In this document: positions 27,448-41,196 of the stretch, piece by piece | Layout of the letters: every line of letters begins with the position of its first letter | How positions within the stretch are numbered: the stretch's first letter is position 1 | From: Antedon mediterranea | Taxonomy: Eukaryota; Animalia; Echinodermata | Assembly: GCF_964355755.1 (NCBI RefSeq) | Contig: NC_092673.1 | Span: forward strand, 26,657,648-26,721,647 | DNA length: 64,000 bases | Direction of reading: 5' to 3' | Made by a program: the position numbers and the translations under genes | Notes under the pieces: generated by a model | What the model saw: only the letters and a program-made list of their open reading frames with translations | The model's database searches: none | Told to the model about the DNA's origin: nothing

Positions 27448-30088
27448 CAAACAAAAAGGAGAAAGATATACCTGCTACTTACAGGTTAACCTTTGATATT
27501 TAGACGCAAGGAACTACTGTTATGTAATAATTGCCATCATAAATAAAACATTAAGGGCCTATTCAGGCTCTGTAATTTATCCGGGTAAGTTGGTGACCTG
27601 TGACCTGTCCACCATAGTTTGCTGTACAGTAATTGATTATGGAAACAACTTTACCCGGGTCAAGTTACTCAGAACGATTTAACGATTTTGTTGTGATTGG
27701 TTTAGCTACAAACATTCAGGGTTTGGACAGCATTTGGGCGTGGTGTGTTTGTGGGTTCGGCAGCTCCTTTCCACCTAATATCCCTCATAGTCAAATTGGT
27801 TAGAAAATCTTTTATGTAGGCCATCCCATGCACATCATCAATGTTAGGTTGTAAATGGGTGGTGTGGGGGAGAGAGTGGAGAAGTAGAGTTTCTTTAGGT
27901 AGACCTTCACAAGCAGGTATAGAGGAGACTGGCATAAACTATACTTGGATTTATGGCATTTAATTTCCAGTGAGATTGTTTTATGATGTCCATGGCAGAC
28001 ATCTAGCCTCATGTATGTTTAATGCTTAATTTTATATATTTATTTTTGGTATATCTACATCGTTTCTACTATCCTGTGGCATTTTATTTTAAATGTTTCA
28101 CAATATATCAATCAGTATAATTATGCTTTTAGATATTTTCAGCCAATCATGCATGATTGATTTGATACTTACAAAATTAAGACAGAAGATGAGAACATTA
28201 GTATCATGTTTTTTAGGTCATTTTTTGCATTTCAGACAAAAGTAATGATCAACTTGTGTAGATATGTCAAGATGATTGACTTGTATCTTCAACTCACTCA
28301 GAACAAAATTTAAAGTATTTTCGTTTTTATGTAATATATTTCAGCATTTAATCAATCTTCCTGGTATGTCAGTTAATGTAGCAGTGTGAGTGTGGCAAAC
28401 AGCAAGGGAACAATTTCCTCTTTTAAATTTCAGTAATACAATATCAATATAAAATATAACTTCCATTTCAAGGCCTATATCTAAAAATATTCCTACACCA
28501 ATGAAGGAGGGGACATTGCTGCCGAGAGCTTAGTCTATCTCTGTGTATAAGGGCTGAGAGCAGTATCCTGTTAAAAGTGGCCACGGATTTGTGAAGAGCA
28601 TATCAACTGTTATTTTAGGAAATGCTTCATTTTTCTTACATGTTGTTCATAATTTTTTTGCAAAAAAAATCAAATGATATTAATTTAGGTTAGATATGTT
28701 TGGCAATGTTAACCCATTCTGTCCGAGAATGACTACAACATTTTTTCTCTCCCCTTACCCCCCATCCCCCTCACAACCAACATTTCAAAATGACATCTAC
28801 TTTAGATTCTTGGACATCACTGCGAAACATAAGTGATGTCAAGTGCCTACCATGCATTTGTACACCAATGATAATCACTACGACTCCTATGTGAAATTTT
28901 CTATTCCCAAGATGGCTATAAATCTAAATGGCAGCTCGATGACATAACACAGTTGTTGAACAATCATATTTTAATAACAACATTAATGGAGTCTGCTGCA
29001 GTGGCTCAACCAGTGGACGCAACTTGAATAGTAAACAGTGGGCCTGTTCAAAACAACCGATTATTCATGAGCACTCATACCACACATGTGTCAGCGTGAC
29101 TATACTATAAAGCTCTGTCTACACTATCAAACTTTATGTGACAAGAAAATGTGATGTGCCGATATTTAGGCATGATGATGTCATATCACTACAATTGGGC
29201 ACATCACACTTTTTATCAAACTGGAAATTTCAGTAGCTGTGTTTGATGTGAATGATCACATTCTCGTGCCTCAAAACATAAGGCATGATGGATACTTTAT
29301 TTGGAATTCAGAGTTCTGGATCTGTTGCTATTTCTAAATATGGCTAAACCTGTAATATCAATTAAAACATATACATTCATTGTAAAATGGTATAAAAGAT
29401 GAGTAAATCTGAGAAAACAAATTGTAGGTTCCGGGTTCAAATCTCTTAATGGTGATTTCACTCTTTGTAGTTATAATGATTTAATATTGAAATTCTTAGA
29501 ATTCCTCATTTTGCTTTAGAATTGAGTAAACTACACTATTGTACAATAATTGCTATCTACATATATACTGTTCCCTTGTTGTTTAGTCAACAATTTATTA
29601 TTAATATGCATACTTACTTTAAGTACTTACTAAGGCTACTCGCATTCAGCAGGTGAAATACAGTATTTTAATACGCATTCTCATATCAAGCTTTGGATTT
29701 TAATCGATATCATATTATAAATTCTGTCAACTATTTCCCTACTTGTTTTTAATGAGAAACGATAAAATTATAAACATTTTTTTTTTATACTATGAATTTC
29801 AGCCATACATACATCTTCTTAGCATAGCATTTGCTTGGGCGCTTAATCGAAGGCGCTTGAACGAAGGATTTTACATTTTACAAGCGACTATGTATCATTA
29901 ATTAGCCAGAACAGTCACTTAAGAAGGCAAATGTACTTAATATGAGTAGTACAAACAGACAAGACAAGTACTACAGACATGCTATAACAACTGAATGTTT
30001 GACTAATGAGAAATAGCATTTATCTATGATAATACCATATTAAGAATAAGAAAACATTGAAATGAAAAGATAAAAAAACATCTAGATA

Positions 30089-30473
30089 TAAGGCCCATTT
30101 ACACTAGGACGATAACGATCGACGATAAATATATAAGCATGCATTTTTTTACATAAAACAAAAGAAATAAGAAAGGTTTCGTTCTATAACTATATAATAA
30201 TCATTTATGCTGTCTTTGATAAAACTTTCCAGTTCCAATCAAATGATGTCATGATAAATAAAATAATGATAATTGTTGTATTATCACGATGTTATTGTTC
30301 TTACTAATCATGGTGTCATTTGATTGGACGTGTGAAAATATCATATTCATCAAAGGAAGCACAGATCATTATTCTATAGTTCTAGAATGAAAGGTTTTAT
30401 ATTTCTTTTGTTTTATGTATGAAAAATGCATATTTGTCTATTTATCGTTATCGTTCTAGTTTAAATGGGCCTA
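30089..30473. mobile_element. PIF/Harbinger-like MITE
   Basis: TIRs aggcccatttacactaggacgataacgat / atcgttatcgttctagtttaaatgggcct, with further internal inverted similarity. Confidence 0.75.
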
Positions 30474-32775
30474 TAACATGCACGTTTTAGTTTTCAGATA
30501 GTACTGTAAAACAAAGGAAAAGTTGCAGGTACCCATCTCAGAGAATAACATCATGATAAGGAATATCTGAAAAGCATGTGAGGAGCATTGTTTCGAGATT
30601 TGTTGATATATTTCTCTCATTGCCTTGTCCTTCAACTGGGTACAGTAAAGCTGGCATATGATGTAGTACTGTATGTGCATGATTTAAAAACTCAGTACAC
30701 TGTTCAAATAAGGGCTCCCCTCCCAGAGTTTTAACCAGGGTTCATAAGGGACAATTATTAGCACTAAACATATTTGTACACATGTGAAGAACATCTGCAT
30801 CCTAAGGGGTGAATAAACAAAACACATAAAATGTTCATCATAATTATTTCTATATACTGTAGGTAGGGGGAAGGTTGTTTGTTATTCTACATTGAATGTA
30901 TGTTTTTGATATGTTTTGTCTCTCTATTACTCTTCCATTTTACATAGACATAAAGCTAAGTTAGTGAATATGATATTAGTCATCCTACCTAACATGTACA
31001 TAAAATAATGTCTTAATAGTTAAGTAAATACTTAAAAAAAATGCATTCAAATTACCTTACAAGATAATCTAGGAAAACTGAAACTACACATATGCATAGT
31101 CAATGTGAGAGAAACATGGGTTTCAGTTTGCAATCAATAATGGCTAAGTAAAGTCTGTTCTATTAAAATGAAATGATACGAGCTAGAATCATATTGAAAT
31201 TCAACGCTAGTCGAGAATTAAATCAATCGGTCACCGTACACTATTGTGCCTCACCGCTACATCAATTCCTAAGTATAGTACCAATTTCATACTGTATTAA
31301 TATTTTAAAATGAATTCAATGCCACAATTACACAACAATGGCTTGGATACGGATAATCTAAATTTAGAATTTCTAAGGAAATTGGGTTGCGTTCTACCAA
31401 CTAGATGGAGTAATTATACGGCCGCGCTGTTTTTGTTTGTCCGTGAACTGATTTCAAGTTTCAATTATGAAATCACACACAAGAAGCCACTTACGATATT
31501 AATTTCAAAATATTATCAATTTCTCACCTAAGTTGAAATAAAATAATGTCATGAAATTTAGAAGCTATATTATATATGTTCACACACAAAAGGAATGAGC
31601 GTTTTTTATTTTAAACATTATGTACAATCACTGATTTTCTAAGAGAGACCTGGTGTGTGGTAATGCCTAGTAGGTGGTACTGATGTACTGGTCCATCTTT
31701 TCTCCTGCTGTGGACTAAGAGTGTCGTTGGTGGCAGCTTGACAAAGGTTCCTCGAGGGAAGATGCCAAAGTTGCGGTATAAGATATCTTCTGCGCTTTAT
31801 ATATATAAAGCATATCCAAATTTGTATCTAATAAAAAGCTTTTCAATAAAAGCGTTATATAAGCAAAAACGTAATTTTTCCAATAGATTATAAGTAATTT
31901 TATATAGGCCAGGTGATTAAACATTAAATAATAATTATGACCCATATCATTGTCAATTTTCCTTTATAAATTATATATATGAGCTTCTGCTATACTTCAT
32001 CATTACTTCATTATTACTAATACGATCACAGTAAAGCTTTAATATCAAAAGCAAAGATAATTTCATATGTCAAAACCAATATACAAAACTTTTCTTCTGG
32101 TTCCATTCCAATTTAAATAACAATCCATATTCATTCCGCTATTCAATTTTATCCGCAATCATCTGATTGGATTATCAATGTCTCTCACCATGTAAATACT
32201 TTAATCTAATTTAATTTAAACATAAATTAAATCTCAGTCTACACATTCCCAAATTTCAAGCCTCATAAATAAACTTTTCTAATTTTACCTATTATCTTCA
32301 TAGTGTCAGACAATTAACTAACACATTCTTGAAGATAGACGTAGAGGAGTATGGCAAAAATGACAAGTACATTCCCAAACGATATCAGCCCAATTATATG
32401 TTTTAAACTAAAACACAATTTTCATCAAGTTCACTATGGGTCCTTTTTTGGACGAGCTGCCACAAAAACGGCGCTTATTCACAACAATTATACCAAACAT
32501 GCATGTATTGCAAACAGACAATCGAGTACATGAGTACCAACAAGGGTGTCAAAATTGCCTACATGACAGTTTCGAAAGCTTCTATCACTTATCTAGTAAA
32601 ATTAGATTTCCATAATTAGGTCGGGTCAAACGATGTTATTAAGTTGGATGTTAAGTACTCAACAGAGAGTACACAATTGTAAACCAGATTCTCTATGGAG
32701 TCAAAGGTTCTCATGCGTTGTGAGTTAACCATAACATGCTCTATGTAGTCAGATCTACATTAGTCTAAAGGAAAT

Positions 32776-33877
32776 TAATATATTATAGTTGATTGGCTTT
32801 CATATAGTGATGTACTTTTGGTGGTAATGCTGTACTTTCCTGGACACAGTGCTAGAGAAACTCAAAAAGTATCATTTAATTATCGTTTCATTGTTCATCA
32901 AATAATATAACAAATTTTATTACCAAGATTATTTAATCCATATATTGTCTTCCATTAGGCAAATATATTCATGTAAAACTTATTATAATTAAATGTTATG
33001 CAAAAACAATCAATCCATGGTAACTAAATACACAATATTCTATCTATCTATACCTATTAAAGCTACTCATAAAACTTTATATCCAAACTAGTACAGTCAT
33101 ATCTATTATGGAAGCGAGCATTTGTTCAATGCATTATTGACCTTCAAGAAACCATAATATTGTCTTCCTCCTCATTTTTCATATTCTATTCATAATAGGT
33201 TGATACCTGTACATAGTTAAGGATGATAAACTTAATTTACATATATTTGAAATTAATGTAATGTTCTAGTTGCAATTGAATTGAATATCAATGCATATTT
33301 ATTATAGATCGATTAAACATATATATTAAACTAATATATTATAGTTGATTGGCTTTCATATAGTGATGTACTTTTGGTGGTAATGCTGTACTTTCCTGGA
33401 CACAGTGCTAGAGAAACTCAAAAAGTATATCATTTAATTATCGTTTCATTGTTCATCAAATAATATAACAAATTTTATTACCAAGATTATTTAATCCATA
33501 TCTTGTCTTCCATTAGGCAAATATATTCATGCAAAACTTATTATAATTAAATGTTATGCAAAAACAATCAATCCATGGTAACTAAATACACAATATTCTA
33601 TCTATCTATACCTATTAAAGCTACTCATAAAACTTTATATCCAAACTAGTACAGTCATATCTAATATGGAAGCGAGCATTTGTTCAATGCATTATTGACC
33701 TTCAAGAAACCATAATATTGTCTTCCTCCTCATTTCTCATATTCTATTCATAATAGGTTGATACCTGTACATAGTTAAGGATGATAAACTTAATTTACAT
33801 ATATTTGAAATTAATGTAATGTTCTAGTTGCAATTGAATTGAATATCAATGCATATTTATTATAGATCGATTAAACA
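32776..33877. repeat. Recent 556-bp tandem duplication
   Basis: 32776-33319 and 33332-33877 are nearly identical (a few substitutions and one 2-bp indel). Confidence 0.95.
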
Positions 33878-34524
33878 CATTAAATATAGGTTTGTTTGTA
33901 ATATACTTGGTAACCCAATTTAATGTGTTATCAAACATAGATCGGTAAAATCATTAGAGAAGATGGTGGTTTAGTGAAGCGTGTGGGTTTTCATTGTATC
34001 CGTACGCAGTACGCACCGAATCAATATATATTCCTTCATATCCCAGTTGGGTTAAAAGGTCACTGCTACGATCTTTAATAGGTTTATGCATTTAATTAAT
34101 GTTCTACTTCAGCCTCTTACTTATTAAGTAGGTTTATGTTATGAACAATTTATTATAATGATAAAATTAATAAAGCTCTTTTCTAAATAATTACGATTTC
34201 TACGCGGTACTTGAAAACGATAAGATGTTACCTAAACGACGACAAGACGATGTCTATACACAACATTTAATCAAAATACATAGCGCACTAGGAATCAATG
34301 ATTCTGGCAGTTTACAATTCTTTCATTTATAATGTAGCCTAGTAAATAGAAATATTAAAAACAATTAAAGCGCACCAATAACTATCTGTGATATAAACAT
34401 TCTTTTCATTAATACTTCATGTACTGTAAGTTTCTTCTTTTAAACAGTGGTTAAACCATACTTCCAAAACGTGCCAATAAAATAGTTTTTCTGGCTGTTT
34501 TACTTTATCGTTTCGATTTAGCTT

Positions 34525-34938
34525 TTTGCTTATCTCCATTGAGATCCAGCCATTTTATTTTTTTCAGTGCTTATTCTATTTGTATCAATCCATTGAGATC
34601 CAGCCACTGATACCCACAGCATTGTCATTTTTTCAGTGCTTATTTTATTTGTATCTCCATTGAGATCCAGCCACTGATACCCACAGTATTGACATTTTGT
34701 ATCTCCATTGAGATCCAGCCACTGATACCCACAGCATTGACATTTTGTATCTCAATTGAGATCCAGCCACTGATACCCACAGCATTGACATTTTGTGTCT
34801 CCATTGAGATCCAGCCACTGATACCCACAGCATTGACATTTTGTATCTCAATTGAGATCCAGCCACTGATACCCACAGTATTGACATTTTGTATCTCAAT
34901 TGAGATCCAGCCACTGATACCCACAGCATTGACATTTT
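34525..34938. repeat. 55/39-bp minisatellite, same family as 12908-13240
   Basis: Core tgtatctccattgagatccagccactgatacccacagcattg; explains ORFs 34640..35028. Confidence 0.95.
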
Positions 34939-36223
34939 TTCATTTGGATTTATATGGTCAAATAAACAATACAACAAACAATTATTGATAAATATTTCAT
35001 TATAGTCTTCTAAAAACACTGTGTACAATCTTTAAATCATCTTTCTTATTTTCTCAAACTCGTCTTCTCCACTTTTAACAGAATGTATATCTAATTGAAT
35101 ATATTTGTCTTACTTCCGTTCTGCTATTACACAACTCTGTGTATAGTAGACCACTATGATTTGCTCATAATATAATTAGACACTTAGCTCAAATTGAACT
35201 TACTCGTAATGGGGTCAAGTATTAGGAATCTATCATGTACAGTACAAGAATACATTAGAAAAGTATAACAGCTTAAAAGCATATTGAAGATACAAACAAC
35301 AAGCGATCTATAGGAACATACCTGCAGCAGAAAGAGAGCCACTTATTTCAACTGATCTATAATAATAACAATGTGTGCATATTCAGGCTAATGGTTATAC
35401 AGTCAACTCTTCCAATAACAGGCTCTCTGAAAATGAGAAACTCTTCCAATACCAGACTTTTTTTAGGGACCAAAAGCCTGAAAACCAGACATGGACAGCC
35501 CAAATGTGTATTGGGATAATCCAGTAGGGTACAGGATTTTCTTTTTGCAATAAAAGAACATACATATAGCAGAAACAAAGCCATTTCATAATACCACATT
35601 CAGTGATCAAGCATTGTGTAGGTGAGGCCCATTTCATGCTGAAGCCACAAACAATACTGGCAGCCTGGATTGTGTATTTTTCCTGATGTATTTTTTTCCA
35701 AATTTACCTCTGGTACTATCACAAACCATGATATTTTTCCATAAAGATGAAAGATATCCTGGAAGTTAGAGGACGCAGGAGACCTCAGTCTTATAATAAT
35801 AATATACTTTCAGGACTTAAGACGTTACACTTTTCAACTACATGCTTCTTCCCTAAAGGGTCATGCCATGTCAGTGCTGCCAATTCTAGCGTTATAGTGG
35901 GATGTGTGAGCTATAACAGATTAAATTTTAACTATTTCATATTAAATGTAAAAACATAGCTATGTTACTAATGTAGATACTGTATTTGGAGAATGAAGGA
36001 CACCTTTGTTGTATCACAAAAATACAAATCAGATATATACCAACTGATCTATTATATAAAACCTACATGTACATATTCAGGGTAGAGAGTTACAGTACAA
36101 TCAGTACAATATCTACATTTGGTAACATAATAGCTATCTTACATTATTTGTTTGCAATAATCAGACAGCAGAACGTGAAATTCCAACAAGTAACTTTGTA
36201 AACTCAGTAGGATGTGCATAAAT

Positions 36224-36365
36224 AAAAGCTCTGTCTACACTTTAAACTTTATGTGTCAAAATAATGTGATGTCATATCACTTCTATAATTGGGCACATCA
36301 CTACCATATATGGGCACATCCCACTTTTTTTGTAAAATTAGTTTGATAGTGTAGACAGAGTTTTA
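36224..36365. mobile_element. MITE family A, full copy
   Basis: Both TIRs present. Confidence 0.85.
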
Positions 36366-36804
36366 TTCTCCATTCATAAAATGAAAAGAAATGTGAATTC
36401 TTTAAAACATATTTCACACTTAAATAACAGATTTATTAATATTGACTTGGTTTTGTATTGCTTCTCTGACATTTTAGAAAACAGTATCAAACAGCATCTG
36501 TCATCAGTTATATTTCTATGCAGGTTAGGTTTAATGATGCCAATGATAGGAAATTTCATAGTTATAGCATACTAAAATTAGACGCATTCACGTCAAGTGC
36601 AACCCAATCCTTATTATTAGCAAAAAGCAGTTGTATTTTAAGCCTTTACAGAAGGTTCTCAGCTTGTTGAAATACAATTGAGGTAATAATGGCCATATTA
36701 AATGAGAAATTTTCCATAAAAAGATGTGATCGATTTCAGTCAAAGTTCATTGACCTCAAACACGTCGCAAAAATATGTTCACAGTTTTGTACGGAATTGA
36801 ATAC

Positions 36805-38365
36805 AAACATCTTTGATGAATAATAGATGGATTAAGAAAAAGGACTCAAGGGAAGAAAACTAAAAGAAGAAAGTGTTTTTACACATATTATAGTTAATGG
36901 TACATCTTTCATGAACAAAATAGGGATTAAGAAAAGAGGTGGATTAAAAAAAGATGGATTAAGGACTCAAGGGAGGGAAACTGAAAGAAAAAATATTTTT
37001 ACATTGTGGTAAATCTTTGATGAACAAAATATGGATTAAGAAAAAAGGTGGATTAACCCTTTGTGCGTAATGTATATTTAAGAAAAACATATGGTATTTT
37101 AATAAATTGCAAAAAATACTAATTGAGATAATTGTGTAATTATTTTTGTGGTGTGTGATGGGCAAAGGGTTAGTCTACAGTTAGGTATAAAAAAAAATGT
37201 AATTTCCATATTGATGACGTCATTACAGGTATTTTGGATTTCGTGTTTTTTATCGAATCAATAATAAAAACTATATTTTCTATAAGAAATTCTTATGGAA
37301 TACGTTTTTCCAACTGGATATTGATAAAGATACGTATAACAAATAAAAATATTTAAAAAAATTGAATTATTTTTATTGTTTTATAAAAATTATGCACAAA
37401 TCAAAGTTTTGGGGCAAAATCGTGAAAATAATGACATTTTCCAAAAATTCACTATAGTACAAAACTAACTATTGTTTCAGAATTTTTTTTTTTTTTGCGT
37501 GTTGTGATAAACACAATGTTGCCCTATTGGGGCTGGTAAATTTTGGTTACTTTCAAAATGGCCGCTATTACGCTACTCAAAACAACTTTCCAAGATAGAA
37601 TACTATTATATAAACTATACTATATATAATATAACTATAGAGGGCGCATGATTTTAAAGACAATAATACAGCTATAGAGGGCCGTTTTTTTTGCTGGAAA
37701 AATTTTTTAATGACATGCAAAAATATTCAAGTTCATCGAACAAATATAGAGGGTGCTATATATTATAGGCAAATACGATTAAATCATTGTTTTGCCCATA
37801 CCCGGTATTATCGGGTATACGCACTTCAACGACGTTTGTTTATACCCGGTAGTACCGGGTATACGCAGTGAAAGGGTTAAGAGAACAGATGGATTAAGGA
37901 CTCGGGGGAAGGGAAACTGAAGAAGAAAGTGTTTTTATATTGTGGTAAATCTTTGAAGAACAAAATATGGACTAAGAAAAAAGGTGGATTAAGAGAACAG
38001 ATGGATTAAGGACTCGGGGAAGGGAAACTGAAGAAGAAAGTATTTTTCTGGTAAATCTTTGAAGAACAAAATATGGACTAAGAAAAAAGGTGGATTAAGA
38101 GAAGAGATGGATTAAGGACTCGGGGGAGGAAAACTGAAAGAAAAAAGTATTTTTACATTGTGGTACATCTTTGAAGAACAAAATATGAATTAAGAAAAAA
38201 GGTGGATTAAGAGAAGAGATGGATTAAGAGAAGAGATGGATTAAGGAACTACGGTTAGGAAAACTGAAAGAAGAAAGTATTTTTACATTCTGGTAAATCT
38301 TTGGAGAACAAAATATAGATTTAAAAGAAAAAAGGTGGATTAAGAAAAAAGATGGATTAAGGAAA
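36805..38365. repeat. Purine-rich ~110-bp tandem repeat interrupted by a piggyBac-like element
   Basis: Recurring atctttgaagaacaaaatatgga.taagaaaaaaggtggattaagagaa.agatggattaaggactc...aaactgaa. Confidence 0.9.
37057..37876. mobile_element. Non-autonomous piggyBac-like element (820 bp) with TTAA target-site duplication
   Basis: TTAA|CCCTTT...AAAGGG|TTAA. The empty site ggtggaTTAAgagaacagatgg is visible in the adjacent repeat unit (about 37983-38003). Confidence 0.88.
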
Positions 38366-39257
38366 AATACAATATCTAATTAATAATTGGAAAAAAAATA
38401 TTTAATTAATATTATTATTGCTATCATTGAAGTCAGTGTGAAGCATTGTATAGAGAACCATCATCACTGTGAGCAGACACATAATATTGTAATTAACACA
38501 AGCTGTAGCATAAGTAGAATCCTTGAATACCACACAGTCTGTTTACTACATAAAAGTGTATTATTGTACAGCATTATCACTTCCATAATAATTAGCTGAA
38601 AAAAGAAATAGGTATAGAATAGAGGAATTCTCAAAGGTTTAAAATGTGCCTAGGTATGATTATTACGGTAAGAGTATTGTGTTAGTGTTAAGTTTGGAAA
38701 TCACAAGAACTTTACTAAAGTGAACAAAAATACATCAGAATAAACTATAAAGGTAATGGAAAAAGAAGAAATATTATATATTACAAAATGCTCTAGAAAA
38801 TGAGAAGAATTTACCAAGCTCGCTTAAAGTTTTATGATGGTAACATTTTCAAACAATTCCCACTTGGGATTTTTGTCTAGTTTAGTTTCCTGAGAGCAGC
38901 CGTAAAATGCTTGAGTTGTCACCTGTTCACGCTCTACATCAGTGACTGAGTTAAGTTCAGGCAGAGCACACTGTCCACACTGGAGTTTGGTAAAACTAAC
39001 TAACTAAGAACTAACCACTCAGGAAAACTGGCGTTACCAAAGTTATTCATATAAGTTCAAAATATAATCTAACGCAACTGGGACTTTACATTGTTTATCA
39101 AAAAAATATTTATAAGAATGGTAAAACTAATCACTAAGTTGATTATTTTGTTACCGAACAGTTCCGTACCATTGCTGCTAAAAAAAATGTTGATTGTCAT
39201 GGAAGAATGAAAATAAATTGTTGGATGATCCTTATGGAAGAATAAAAAATTAATTGG

Positions 39258-39398
39258 AAGCCCGTACTCAGGATTTTTACAGGAGGGTTCTTTTGTGCAA
39301 CCGTATTATAAAATAAATTTAGGCTACTCTATAGGTGAAAGTACAGTAATTTGTCTATTGGCTAGGTATAGGACTGAACCCCCTGGCTACAGGCTTGC
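39258..39398. mobile_element. hAT-like MITE (aagcccgtac.cagg...cctggctacaggcttg)
   Basis: Imperfect TIRs; same terminus type as the element starting at 63626. Confidence 0.55.
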
Positions 39399-41037
39399 AT
39401 CGTTTATTATCAAGTTTAGGAGAATTTACAAAAGCAATATCTTCCAGTACTTATTCTCGGAATATCTTAAAGTTATCATATTAATACTTTATTACGTTTA
39501 GATTGCTCAGTCAATTTGGAGAGTCATATTGTACCTTCACAATTCATTTGTAAATCACTTTCAATAATTTTTCTATTTCATTTTCATATACAATCTATCC
39601 GTCATAAAGATAAATAGGTTTATATGAACTATGTCAATTTCAAATCTAAACGATGCAATGACTATTTTTACTGCCTACTTCATTAGAATTCTAATACAAT
39701 ATGAAACGCAGCCTATATTCACTATAATGGGGTGGGTGCTTTTAAACAGATCTAAATTAATTTAAAAGATGCATAAAAACATGAGATAGGCCAGGTGCAT
39801 GTCAACAATTTTCACTGATTATACTTTTCAATAATTATTAATCTCTTTTTTTCCCTATGTTTAATAATTTTCAAATTAAGCAGTCATTTGGAACATTTTG
39901 GGCATTTTTTTGTGTTTAAACACAATTGTTTTTCAAGAGCACTTTCTTATCAGGATGGGAGGGGGGGGGGGGAGGAAATAGTTCAATTTATCTAGTAAAA
40001 TCTCTATTCTTTGAGCACAGTGAATAGAGAGGCATTTTAAACAAATTATGAAAAATCAACAGCATGCAAAAAGATTCTATCGGATCATTCTATAGATATT
40101 TTTAATTTTATCATTTTTTTAATTCAAAATATACATTTTTATTTCCATGATTATATTAACAATTAGTCACCACCTACCCCAAACATTTTTTGCTCCATTT
40201 TCTGGGGAATCACCGACATTAGGTTGAACTACTTAAGCTACTGAAAAAGGTGTGGCAGAATTTTATAGCAAGAGTTTTTGCCAAATTCTGTATTTAACCA
40301 TTTTACGATTTCTGTTACATATTTTTATTCATATTTAACCGAATATTAAATCTAAAATGCAAGCAGATAGTGTAAACAATAAATATTTCACAATATCTGC
40401 CCAAGTGGTCTTCTAAATATTCAATATATCAAAATAACAAAAGAAAAAAAAAAAAAATTGATTTGTATATATAGGTCTTCGTTTGACCTCAAAACATGTG
40501 AAAGTACACATATTGTATTTCTCTTTGTTGCAATCAAAATTCCAACATTAAATAAGCGATTTTAATAATACATGGTTTACTCATAAATGATCAGTTTGTA
40601 GATGACATTATTCTCTTTATGGTGAAACATCAAAAGAAAATAAACTTTAGCTCATTTATTCAACTCATGATGGAGTATTATACTAAAGTTTGTCAATACT
40701 AAAGTTAATAAAATGTCTTATAAATATAGGTCTATGTTTGACCGCAAAAACGCTGAAAAACCACTAAAAAAATCATTCTGTGTTTTAAAACAACTATTTT
40801 CTATCACAGTTTCAAATTACTAAATTTAAAATTGGTAATTAGCACATTTATAATGTATTTTTTTACATCTTTTTTTTTGTAAATTTAAATAAGAAAGTAA
40901 CTATGCTACGTTGGAATCTATGAATAGCAATTACTCTATTCACACAAACAAAAACACTTTCAAAACATAACTAAATATACCATACTGCATTGTAAAACAT
41001 TGTTTTCTTGGTATGAACATGTGAAAGTGCTTCTGTG

Positions 41038-41196
41038 TAAAGCCCTGTCTTCACTATCAAATTAGTTTGACAAAAAAGTGTGATGTGCCCAAATATATAG
41101 TGATATTCCCAAATATAGTGATATGACATCATGTCCATATATGAGCACATCACATTTTTTTGTTAAATAAAGTTTAATAGTGTAAACAAGGCTTTA
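41038..41196. mobile_element. MITE family A, full copy (opposite orientation)
   Basis: Both TIRs, degenerate. Confidence 0.85.

Noticed and set aside
27690-28012. GC-richer segment with 77- and 66-aa minus-strand ORFs as a possible GABA-B exon 2
   Set aside because: No similarity to the Venus flytrap sequence expected next and no convincing splice sites.
34640-35028. Three overlapping repeat-peptide ORFs
   Set aside because: They result from the 39-bp minisatellite, whose period is a multiple of 3.
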